This document shows positions 1 through 12,036 of a stretch of DNA of 64,000 nt, piece after piece; within the stretch, counting starts at the first letter, position 1; each line of letters starts with the position of its first letter. This DNA is from Epiperipatus broadwayi (taxonomy: Eukaryota > Animalia > Onychophora). The DNA is taken from the NCBI GenBank assembly GCA_028023455.1, contig JAQFVV010000003.1:29822001-29886000 (forward strand). The letters are read 5' to 3'. The notes under the pieces are model-generated. The model searched no databases and was not told the DNA's origin. It saw only the letters and a program-made list of their open reading frames with translations. Made by a program: the position numbers and the translations under genes.

Positions 1-1129
1 TTATAATTATTAATAAATATTAATTTATAGAATTTATTTATTGTCCGTCTCATTGCTGATTGGAATCATATAATTAAGATTAAATAATAATTAAGTTGTT
101 GTCTGTGTATATTCCTGAGCTGAGTAGAGCTATATAAGAAGTGGAAACTATGTGACATCAAGGGTATTAATTAGGTAGTAGAGACTAGAAAGTCTAGGCC
201 GGGGTTTAAACTAGGATTGTGGGAGTAGCAATACCCCTCTGCATTTTGGTTGAGAATGCCTGCTTGTTAGCAAAATTATACACGTTTGACCATTACACTA
301 TTTATATATTACTAAAATCATTTGATGTACAAATTTAAGACAAGTAGTAAATAATTTGAATGTTATACACATATGTGTGTGCATATGTATTTTATTTATG
401 ACCATCTATCATTTATATATATTTATCAATCATAATTTAAACAATGTTTCATGTAATGAATAATATTTATGTGATATTTGTAAATAAATCTAAATCACAT
501 ATTATAATCTATTTGTATTATGGAAGAACATTTGTCAGACCTTTAATTTCATTTTTTAATTATCAATACTGCTAATTAATTAATAAAAATTATTAATCAT
601 TATTTTGTTATGTTACAATGAATTTATTTATTAGTGAATTCAATATTTTGTCATTTGCTTTCATATGCATACGTTTATCAGATGCATTGTTATCCATGTA
701 GCTAGCACTAGTCAATAGTGAAATTTGATGTATGTATATGTTAATTCTATATAATTCTTTTTAAAATTATGTAGATAATGTCTAAAGGATAAGAGTTTTT
801 CTATAAATTAATTTTATAGCTTTTCCAAGAATCACCTCATCACATATGCTATCACATATGTTATTGCTGATAACTTACCCATGTAGTGCTTAGTTTTATA
901 GGATAGTTTTTTTGTGTGTGTTTTAGGATATTAAAAGAGTAATGGACCTAAAAATAAAATAAAAAGTCATTATTTTGATAAATTAAAATAGAATAGTTTT
1001 ACTCAACTTAATTATTAGGCGCTTAAATGTCACATGACTTCCTGAGTATGGTTATTATTATTAAAAAAAGATTTTTTTCCTCAAAAAATTAGTACTGTGC
1101 CAGTCAAAACATGCTTATCCATCTAACAT

Positions 1130-1270
1130 GAGCTGGAACTCACAAAATGTACTTCAAACCCAGTCAAGCCCGAGATTTAGGTCAGGGACCAGCCTGGATT
1201 CGAACCCACTCTCCAAGCACCAGATCTAACACCCAATGGATAACATAACAATGGTAGCACACGAGATTTA
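1130..1270 (-). mobile_element. tRNA-derived SINE remnant
   Basis: Minus-strand perfect B box GGGTTCGAATCC (forward ggattcgaaccc, 1196-1207). The A box is degenerate and there is no full cloverleaf. Confidence 0.45.
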
Positions 1271-1940
1271 ATTCTTCATCCGGCCCACTAGCAAATCGGA
1301 GAAAACAATAAGACTCATGGACTTAAACATATATATAAACAACGTAAATACTAGACATTCCACAGATAAAATCTAACATATTTAAATAATAGGGGCTTTA
1401 CTAATGAATACTTATGGGCAATTAGTGAATTGGATTGATTTAATAATGAGACAGAAACTGATATATGATGAATTAAAATATATTTATTGACAATTGTTGT
1501 TGGCAAATGCACGCAGGCATTTTATTTATAAAGTAACATTACTCTAGGCCAATAATTGATACGTTGGCTATTATTTAATTGCTCCAATATTATTTAATGG
1601 AAACAAATACCCTACTATATAACTAATCACTACATTAACTTTTACCAGTTATGCCCTTTCATCATCAGTTCGTGTGGCTATTGTACGTGAAATCAAACCA
1701 AGTCTGGAGTGAAGCTTAATAATACGTCTTAATTATAATAAATTTATATTAACTATGGGCTTTTAAAGCGTCCCAGATAGCTTTAGATCGAACGGGTTTT
1801 CAAGAATGCTTCGGATCAACGCCGAAGACTGCATATTAGGGAGGAAAGAGTTGGCTATAACGATTTTACTAATACGCTAGGCACAAGTAAAGTATAATAA
1901 TAAAGTGGCTCTGCGGATGGAAGAATAGTTTTAGGGTTTT

Positions 1941-3618
1941 TGTGACAAACAACGGTTTACCCAAGAACCGGTCGTCATGCTGCTAATGGGGAACCTTTAT
2001 TTGGTTCAGAGGAGGGGGACTTACGTGCTAATCTGGCCCGTAGCTCAGACTTCGCTACTGCACTACCCATAAGAGAAGATGGGCTGGACTTACCGTGGCT
2101 CCATCTTATATATATATCAAAAAGAACAGCACAACGAGAAAATATTAATAAATCCCACATCCGCCAAGCCGAAGGATATTATAAATTAAAGATCATATAT
2201 TAAATGAACACTAGATCATCAGCTTGATCAAAAGAGCCAACTCTTCTGTAGCATGAGAAATACGATATGCTACTGACAGGAATATATAGATACAAACTTT
2301 ACTTTATCCCGTTCAATCTCTTTAGTTATCTATAACTACTAAACTTTTAAAAGGGGGAAAAGTATATTTAATAGGGGACTTACGAATACTTAACTAAAAA
2401 AATATACTTATGATTGCACTCCAGGCTAGTTTAATCTTTAGTAACATAATAATTAAAGGTTGAAAAGCCACATTTTATATTTATATTAATTAATTTACTA
2501 AATGACAAAATATGAATTTGGGTTTCGAAACAGCGCACGAAATGACGCTATATAAATAATAATACGAAGATTTTAAATTTATATCTTTAAAAACATATTC
2601 TATAATTAAATGCACGCCGTTTCGAAACATAGGCATAACTAATAATAAATAAAATAAGCAAAAGAAAAGCAAAATATAATTGCAGTGATTAAATTATATA
2701 GCAAAACATTAATTAACAGAAATTTAGCAAAAGTATTTCATTTATAGAATTAAAATATTTTAGGAAACAATTTAGACAGTTTACACTATTGTATTAGCAA
2801 AAAGTATTTCATTTAAATATTATTTCGAAAACAATTTAGATAGAAATTTCAATAATATGGTTAGCTAACCTGTTTTTGAAGAAATAATGAATGTTTTTGA
2901 AATGCACACAGAGCTCTGCGATTTTAAATAATACTAAAATAGTTCTGTAGCTAAGGAGAGATTCGAGCTGGAAATGAAGGTGACTTCTTTGGCGGCTTAT
3001 GGCATCTTCAATTTAGTTGGGAGACGATTTTTAAAATAGTGTTTCTTTAGCTGGATTGAAATCGGAACGAAGGCAAATTATTTTTACGGCTTATGGCATC
3101 TTCAAATTTAGTTGGTGTAAGCTTGGTTGTTCCTTTGGCATTTGATGGATTGAACTAGGCGTTCCATCACGGGAAAGCAGCAAAATTTTGCCTGACTTTA
3201 GCCAGACATGTTAAGGTTGAACAATAATAAAACTTCTCCTGTTGACTCTCTTCAAAAGTAAGATGGATTCTCCCTTCCCGCTTAAAATAAGGCCTATTTA
3301 TATCCTTCTACTAAACTTTAACACCTTTCTGGAATTTCGTAAGCCTCGGGACCAATTGACTTTTAATTAAAGCAAAATAATATAATTCAATTTCTACAAC
3401 AACTGATAAAATCTCCGAGGTGTTATATTTAATTTCCTTAAAAAAATGTATCAAAATATATAAACTATATAATTTGATTCATTTTCATTAATTAAATTCC
3501 TTTTCAGGTGTTATTACTTAGCAGAAGGAACGGTATTCTGATTTAATGAAAAAGTCTTTTGTTGCAAACAAAAATCAATCAGAAAACAGATTTTACTTTT
3601 TTACCCGGGTGTGTCACT
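1941..3618 (-). mobile_element. Solo-LTR-like, CpG-rich insertion
   Basis: Inverted termini tgtgaca (1941) and tgtcact (3612-3618). On the minus strand, TATAAATA at about 3300 and AATAAA about 55 nt before the end. Internal direct repeats at about 2991-3020 / 3086-3117 and 2720-2840. No TSD or partner LTR found. Confidence 0.35.
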
Positions 3619-3869
3619 AATTGATATCTTGTTTACAAAAATTCTCATTTTTAATTGCGAACAGATAATTCTTATTTTATAAAACTAAATAACTTTTAAC
3701 ATATTTGTTTATTAAAAAAAAAAGCAAATTTAAAGAAAATACTTGTTTCAACTATATATGTAAAACATTAAATCAGAAAACCGTTAAATAAATTAAAGAA
3801 AACATTTACATTACTTTTATTTAAACTTAAATATATATGAATCATTTTGCCGTTATTCCAAGGTTTAAA

Positions 3870-4020
3870 TTATCCATCCACATACGAATATAATAGCGAA
3901 ATATAATTTAGAATTGACCGAAAATTAATAAAACATTTTATAATAATTTATGAGCATTTCTCCGCTATAATTTTATCAAACCTGTCTAATTATAGCGTGT
4001 CTTCGTATGTAAATGGATGA
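3870..4020. repeat. Imperfect short inverted repeat (MITE-like)
   Basis: catccacatacgaa...ataattaga versus tctaattat...ttcgtatgtaaatggatg. Confidence 0.45.
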
Positions 4021-4408
4021 TGCCATTCAAGCGGCCATTGTAGCAAAGTTTTCCCGCTCGACTTATATATAACATTTTTACATATGACATTTTTACATTT
4101 AAGATAGGTTCGAAACTAGTTCAGACGAGTAGGTCATTAGGTTATTGGTGAAACGGAAAGGGATTGGAGATTTCCGTTTCAGTATATATGCTTAGTTAAG
4201 TCTATTATAGAAGTATATGAGTTGTATGCATGCATTATTTAATTCATGGTAGTGTGTGTATTAATACATGAATATATGAAAGTACATATTTTTATATGTG
4301 TATGGGGTGTTTCAAATTTATAAGTATATTTCTATATGCATACAAATACACATACACGTATATTCACAATGATAATATAAAACTACAATTTTTTAAAATA
4401 TTTTTTAG

Positions 4409-4490
4409 TCTAAACTAAAGGAGTTTAAGTCCAAAGACCATGATGTTGATGTGGAAGTTATTGTAGATAAAGCTCTGTTAGCATTACAAG
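4409..4490 (+). CDS. AMT: AMT (glycine cleavage system T protein) internal coding exon: SKLKEFKSKDHDVDVEVIVDKALLALQ|G
   Basis: Preceded by ttttttAG (4407-4408) and followed by GTaatg (4491). 82 nt, phase 0 to 1. Translation matches the AMT segment before GP (human [27 protein letters not shown], from memory). Splices in frame to the exon at 30711. Confidence 0.9.
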
Positions 4491-5198
4491 GTAATGTTCA
4501 TTTTTGTTAAATCAGTTATTTATATAACTTTTTAATTTTATTATGATTTTTTTAAAAAAATTATCGAACAAAGGATTTTTTTTAAAAAAGTTTTTTTTTG
4601 TTGAAAGCAATTCACAAGTAATTAATCTATTATTCAATGAATATGGAATGCTAAAAAAAAAAAAGAGGGAAAATATTGGAAATTCAATAACTAGATTACT
4701 CTGAAAGTAAAACATGTAAAACAAAAATAACATTATACCAACAATATGCCAAGAGACAATTTCCTGAAAAGATAATCTCAGACTAGAGAAATTTGAAGAA
4801 TGTAAACTTGTAAAAAGAAAATTCATATTTCTAATATAATTCTACATATTAATGTTTAATTTTTTTTTTTTTAAAAAAGTTTCTATATATTTAATATTAT
4901 TCTAATAAATTAAAAAATTACTTTATCATTACTTTATGAAAAACATAAAAGTTTTAACAAGGGATTTCTCTCTCAATTTGAAGACAATGTTATGGTTTGT
5001 CTGATGGTTAATAACCCCTAGACTTTTTAAGTTCTAGAACAAAATCAATATTATTGAAAGTATTGAAGTAAAAATAGAGAACTATTCTACTTCTTGTACC
5101 ACTTAGCTTGCTGGAAATTATTTTAAAATAATAAAGTAAATTTTTTCAGATGCTATTAACAAAAATGAGGGATGATTAGATTCATAAAATAAAAAAAT

Positions 5199-5605
5199 TG
5201 TGTAATATTTATCATTTGAAAATTGCAAATTTCAGCAAAATACAATTGCTTAATAAAATTTATTATTTTTTGTTTTGAAAAATCATTAATTAGACAATCT
5301 TTTTTGATTCATAGAAGTTCTAAGATCATTTTTTGTTTATTATAACTTAGAAAAACAAACAAAACAATTTTCTAATATATACAAAAATACATAACTTATA
5401 ATAAATGCCTAATATAAACTATACAAGTTATGTATTTTTGTATACATTAGAAACATTTTTGTTTGTTTTTCTAAGTTACAATAAACAAAAAATGATCTTA
5501 GAATTTCTATGAGTCAAAATAGATTGTCTAATTAATGATTTTGCAAAACAATGATTTAAAAAAAACTGCTGAAATTTGCAATTTTCAGATGGTTAATATT
5601 ACACA
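5199..5605. mobile_element. AT-rich fold-back (MITE-like) palindrome
   Basis: Arms of about 200 bp (5199-5400 and about 5423-5605), e.g. cttagaaaaacaaac / gtttgtttttctaag and gaaaattgcaaatttcagca / tgctgaaatttgcaattttc. Loop about 20 nt. Confidence 0.85.
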
Positions 5606-7069
5606 TACATTTTTTTAATTATATTATTTAATGATAAATTTAATACATTGTGAAACAGCTTTAAACATAAAAATTTGAAACTAATAAAGATGAAATTTAT
5701 TTATTGATAAATAATCAAAATATCACATTATTATAAAAATACAACTATTTTGCAAATCCCTATTTCCCCCAAAAACTATTTTTATAGCATTTCATGACTC
5801 TGCAATTTCTATTTCTATTTTATATTTCTATAAGAATAATATATTTTAAAAAAAAAAAAGCTTGGAAATTTGATACTTTTTATTTTTTATAAAATGTGGA
5901 AGTACAATGCCCCTATTATATGGGACTCAGGATAAGCCTTCTGCATAGGGCTAAAGACGGGGTTAAATTTACGGTTCAGTATGACGTAAATTGCATTTCA
6001 TGTTTTTTCTTTGGTTAAAAGTTAGTGGAACAAAGGTATCTATTTTACATATAATTAATATTATTTTAACCATTATTTTATAAGTTTTTCAATGAGGATA
6101 GCAATATATTGTCCCAGTTTGGACACCTTAAAGATAATCTGACCTTACAAGCTTTTCACTCACATGCTAACATAGGTGTATTAAAAATAAAAAAGATAAA
6201 ATAATATAAGCAGCAGTATCCAGATCAGAATTATTATTATTTTTAAATGTTGCAAGGTATTTATTTATTTTATTATTATTTATAAATAGTAAGATATATA
6301 TATATATTTATAAGAAAAAAACGATTTTTTTTCTTTAAATTAATTAATAATAATGGGTTAAAGGGTCTAGATCTATTACATCTAATCTTGAATAATGTTT
6401 GTATAAAAGAAATTGGAGATAATTTTTTTTTTAAATTTTGGTTTAGAAAGAAAACTTCAGGAGAAAGCTTTCTTGTTTTAATAGAGTTGTAATATCACCA
6501 TTGTCAAGGATTTTTTATGATCAATTCAACCAACAAAAACTGTTTAACAACATTACAAAAAATTAAATTGATTAGAAAGACAAAACTAACGTGTGAAATA
6601 TTAACACATTTAATATGAAAAAACATGCAATAGCTGAAAATCTCATTATGCTGGGGCAACCCCCCCCCCCGACTAATTATGCACTAGGCAACTAAACCTG
6701 GAAATATATGTCTTCCTACATATGCTAATTTAAAAAGTGATTTATTACTATATACACCAACCAGTAAGGATCTAAAACTAACAATACCTGACTACTTTTA
6801 CATAATTTTGGTCAGCCTATTCATGATGAGTGCATAATCCTGCCATACCATCAGTAAACTACTTTAGATCTGAGAGCACTGCACCTAGATCTTAGGATGT
6901 AATGCAACCCTCCAACAAACACCTTTTATTTATTTTGTAACTATATTCAATCTAAGATCATTCATTTGTATAGTCATATAGATCTGAACCAGTTCAGTAT
7001 CTATACATTTTGGTGTCTTTGGTTCTTTCGTAATCATAGTCACCATCATCCCATTTGACAGGATTGGTA

Positions 7070-7180
7070 TTAAACCACTAAATATCACTTGATCACCATT
7101 TACTTACACAAGCTGTTAAAACAGAAGGAAAACTTTCCATACAGTATTGTCAGTCAGTGCAAGCCAAAATAATCAATGAC
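7070..7180 (+). repeat. Dispersed repeat shared with 39530-39650
   Basis: tgatcaccattt...ccatacagta...cagtgcaagcca...taatcaat occurs in both places. Confidence 0.6.
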
Positions 7181-8129
7181 TAAATGATAATGGAATGATT
7201 TTTTTTACAAAAAATTTTAAAAGTTGCTTGTATAGACAATATAAAATATCAAAATTAAGTATAATGATCTTAATTATCTTGTAATTTCATAAAAACATTC
7301 AAAAATGTAAAACATACAATTTTATAAACTTTATTCCATTCAAGTAATTTGATTATAGCACTTCTACTGATTAAATTGGTTTTTAATATAATTTTTATTA
7401 ATTCAAAATAATAAAACTGCAGAATAAATTAATTAAAAAAAATTAATTTAAAAATATACCAGAATAGGATTTGAACACAAGAATTAAATATAAATTTATA
7501 TTAATGAATGTGAAAATTACTTATGATAAAAAATAACACTTATTATGTTTGTCATATTCTTACATAAATGCATATTTTTTAAAAAATAAAGGTTATTATA
7601 TGTATTGTATGTGATTATTTTATTTACATATTGTCATGTATTTTTTTTTTATTATTGGCCTATCTTAAAAATTGTTATTTAGATCTTCAAATAAAAAGTT
7701 TACCCATCCCTGGCGCATAGTCAAATAATTATTCTATTTGCTTTTTTTAAAAAAAGAAATGATACTCTCCATATCATTTGGCAAGAAGTGTTATATAAAA
7801 AATGAAATATATTAATCATTTTTTTGACTATATAATAGTATTATTTATCATAGGTATTAATATTATAACAAAACTCATGCCTCTCACTAGATAGAGTACA
7901 CTACCGACTATATATCTACGATATAGCAAACATACGTGCCTATATATTTATATTTAATTAAAATAGTTTTGACTTAAATATTGTTATTCAAAACTTTTGG
8001 ATTCGTTCTCATATTTGTAATATATTCCCAATGCGTATTTATGGTCATCCGAAGGACTCCAAGTGCCAATCTTATACGAACATAAGAATTACATGAAGTG
8101 AATATATTACCAACAAGAACACTATCTTA

Positions 8130-9250
8130 CGTAACGTGGGAGGGGCTTTGACCATCGGCTAGCTCAGTCTCATGGTCGGGTGGCGTCACAGCCGGGGGTA
8201 GCTACGAATGGGGTTAAGAGTTCTTTTTAAACATACATAAAAATAAATAAATAATTCAACACTCTACTTTTCATTCTGTATTTAATATTATAAAAAAAAA
8301 ATGTAAAAAATTACTACTCTGTTATTTTTATACGCACGCATATGCCATTCTTTCCAATAGATTTATCACACATAATCAAGTAGTGAAAGTCGATACTAAG
8401 AAAAATTTATTTCACATGACCTCTGACAATAATTACGTTATTTATGTCCACAATTAAATAGGACTAAGAAAATTTCATTTAAATTAACTTAGATTGTCAC
8501 ATTCACTTATTTAGATGGTAATAATTTCTTTTTTATAAAAGAAAGGAAAAAAATCAGTACTTAAAGTTCTTTACCTGAGTTCCCCGGGGAATTAGTGGAA
8601 GCAGATTTATTTATTTTAAAGAGTTCCGTTCATCACAGATAATAACAGGTAATTCAATGCGAAGGTTCCCGATCTTCATATCCGTTGGTTGACGAGGTTC
8701 AGCTTGGTTTCATGTTGGGAATTATATTTTATTCCAAGACATCTTGATGTTATTGGTCGAGGCAGCTACAGTTGGTTGGAATTAGGGGTTTGAATCTGAC
8801 ACGGTATGTTCTTACCCTGACATTTCTTTTGGATCCGCCATTACATAAGAAAAATATTAAAACTTTTAATATTCTGGATTTACGATTTACTGTTCATGGC
8901 TGTAACTCTGCAGGGCCAAGACAAAATGCATTGTGGGTGACTCTCTTTTATAGCCCCCTCCATTTGTTATAGAAGTTTCTTTTTGATTTCACTTCCTGTT
9001 TCAATGCTGATCAACCAGATCTGGTTGACGTGCGAAAACTTTTATCATAGCTTTTATTGTACATAAAAGAAAGTGAAATCTCATTTCTGCGGGAAACTTC
9101 TAGTTTTTTAAACGTGAAACAAAAATCTCGTTTCTCTCTATTCAACTACTTAATCCATTCATACACACATTTGTCACACACACATATATATATATATATA
9201 TCATTTCAAAATGACAGAGTCCCTCCCCCGCGTTTATGTATTTGTAACCA
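8130..9250 (-). mobile_element. Solo-LTR-like, CpG-rich insertion
   Basis: Minus-strand ggggcTATAAAAgagag at about 8942-8958, U5-like end cccctcccacgttac at about 8131-8146, no coding capacity. Boundaries uncertain, no TSD. Confidence 0.3.
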
Positions 9251-9899
9251 CATAATAAAAATTAAATATTATATATCTATATCTACATATATGTTTAAAT
9301 ACTGATTAGTAATATTATTTGTGACTGGGTTCGAACTCATTTTGCCACAATATATATAATTATAATCATAATTTTGTGAATATAATGAAACTATTAATAA
9401 AACTTCAATTTGCAATTTATGAATAAATATAAAATCAATAACTTTAAAAATGTTTAAATTCTTTGTTTTTATTTTAATTTTATGAAAAAGACTATTTTCC
9501 CAGCTTTATTTTCTATTGATATTATAATTTTAGAGCAACATATAATACTCAATCTTTGCATCACTCAAACTAAATTTATCATGAAAATTATATCTAAAAT
9601 AAAACCCATAAAATTCCATTCTGTCAGCTGAAGTTGTTAAAGAGATAAAAATAAAATTTAATTTTAAAGATAAATGTTATATATTATTTTTTGCTGTTAG
9701 TTAAAATTAAACTTTAAAGAAATTAATTTTTGAATTAAAAATTTATATATTAATATTTTATCATTTTTATAAATAAACCACACACATTTTATATTCATAA
9801 AAATAATATTATTAATTCATTCTCTTATTATTATACGTATTACAGATTAAATACTATATGTATATAATGAGTGGAATTATTACATCCAAGTCATTTATC

Positions 9900-10579
9900 T
9901 CCATTCCCTTCCCCATAATCTGTGGTTAATACTAAATGCTATATAACATGTTTTCAAACAAACTTATTGTGTATTAAACTTGTGTATATTCCATCATAGA
10001 GGCTATAACATCGATACCTTGTGCCCAATGTGTGGGAAGCAGGAAGAGATCATGGACCACATTCTGTTCCATTATGATTCATGGTCTCATCTATGAGGCA
10101 TGGTTCTGAGGAAAATGTCTGTATCTGACCTGGCATGTGTAATGATTTCTCTGGCCTCTGAAAAGGGGCTTTTTGCCAAAATACGGCCGGCTTCATTTGT
10201 CAACTTTGGCATTTGGGCTATACATTGTAAAGTGTTGTTTGAAAGTGGGATTGACCACTATCCTGAAAACCTAATAAATTTCATATGGAAGGCTAGGAAG
10301 ATTGACAAGAGGACTTGCCCTCACCAGTTGGCGATTCAGACCTGGGAACAATTAAAAATATAAGTTTCAAGATGTTCTGTTTCATTCTATGTATGATGCC
10401 CCTAACCTTATAAGGACTGATTACTCCCCCTATTGCTGTGATGAAAGGGATGATCTACCTTCTAACTCTTCTATCTGAACTGTATCCCTAAAGACCCATT
10501 GCAGACAATGCTTGTTAACAGCAGCTCTAACTATTGCATGTATACACAATTATGTACCTTGCTCTATAAATAAAAAAAA
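9900..10579 (+). mobile_element. Tx1/L1-type non-LTR retrotransposon 3' fragment
   Basis: Zinc-knuckle-like LCPMCGKQEEIMDHILFH at about 10018-10070. C-terminal FGIWAIHCKVLF...TWEQLKI* (ORF 10100-10363). Then a 3' UTR ending in aataaa plus an A-run at about 10569-10579. Confidence 0.65.
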
Positions 10580-10705
10580 TATATTTTGAAATTAAAATAA
10601 GTGTATAATTTATTGTAAAAAAGTGAATAAAGAAAAGTGATTGATATTAATATTGGATAAATTGAACAATGAATTAAAGAAAAATTAGAATTATATAAAA
10701 TGTGG

Positions 10706-10743
<38 letters not shown>

Positions 10744-10744
10744 C
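10706..10744. repeat. (CA)n(TA)n microsatellite
   Basis: Read directly. Similar short tracts occur at about 9170, 18500, 20495 and 51126. Confidence 0.85.
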
Positions 10745-10836
10745 TATGATACATATTTAAAAATTATGTAGTATACACATTAAAAGAAAATAATTAAAAA
10801 AATACTGTAAATAAACAAAAACACATATCTTCATAC

Positions 10837-11026
10837 ATAAAAGACATATTTTGCAGGTTCATCCATATTAAAAAATTTAAATATTGATATACCGGTTTCA
10901 ACTTGATCACACAAGCCTTCCTATCTTTTATCACCCAGTGGGTGACTTGTGTGATCAAGTCGAAATGTCGGTATATCAATATTTACATTTTTTAACATGG
11001 ACGAACCCGCAAAATATGTTTTTTAT
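10837..11026. mobile_element. Small fold-back MITE
   Basis: Arms of about 80 bp (10837-10915 and 10946-11026). The left arm shows CA/TG where the right arm keeps CG. Confidence 0.8.
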
Positions 11027-12036
11027 ATATTATGCAACCCGTGAAAATCTTCGTATCAACATATATATATATATGTAAAGTAGAGACTATATTAAAAATA
11101 TATCTTTATAAACTTGTTTTCATTATGCATTTCTGAATTTTCATTATGAATTAAAAGTAAGTTTTTTAAAAAATGTTTCAGTATATTATAATACTTATAT
11201 CTGATTTTCTAATTTTAAAAAGAAAATAATAGAATTCATAATAATTTTAACATTTTAGGTACTATTTTTAAAAATTGCATATACACATTTAGACAACAAT
11301 ATAGTTACTAATTGGTATTAAATTATCACTTTCAAGGACAGTTTGTCTAATTAGAGAAATAGCAATGTATTTGTGTTAGAATGAGTAATTTTATGATCAT
11401 AATGCATACCCTTTAAAATATGAACTAGAAAATTATTATATTGTTGTTTTTTTCACTATTTTTTTCACTATTTTTTTAATTATTTTTTATTGTACTTTGT
11501 TGAACTATGGATAAGTGATTTATTGGATTTTGAGACAATGGGTACAATGGTGACATTGTAGTGTAAAAGACTTTTATCTTTTAAAATCCATCTGGCAAAA
11601 AAATCATAAGTTACCCATCTGTTCATATCTCTGAAATGCTTTGAGATTGCTATTTCTGCAGTACAAATTAATTGAAAACAAAAAGTCAATTCAAATGAAT
11701 GCTTGAATTGGTATATGTAAAAGAAAGATGAAATGTATTCTATTAACATAATATTTGTAAACTGTTAAGGGAGTCACTAACTTTTTCAAGCATTTATTCA
11801 TCATCATCATAATCAACCATTATAAATCCACTGCGGGATGAAGGTCTCTCCAAGTTCAATCCATCTTCTCTGATCTTTAGCTTCTCTTTTCCACATCACT
11901 CCTGCATACTTTCTTATTTCATCCATTCATCTTACATTTGGTATTTTTCTGGATCTTTTCAATCTCTTGTAATCCAGTTTAAGATTTCAATTGTCCATCT
12001 ATTATCATCTCTTCTAGCAATATGTCCAGCCCAACT

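Noticed and set aside
1960-2075. Group II intron domain V/VI-like string (gaacc...ggttc agaggaggggg...ctacccat)
   Set aside because: The putative domain V has the wrong length and pairs poorly. There is no GUGYG start or RT/maturase.
2490-2672. 60-aa ORF with vague similarity to SdhD/sdh4 (GVHLIIEYV)
   Set aside because: The heme His and the DY motif are absent, there is no organellar gene context, and it lies in AT-rich LTR-like DNA. Likely chance.
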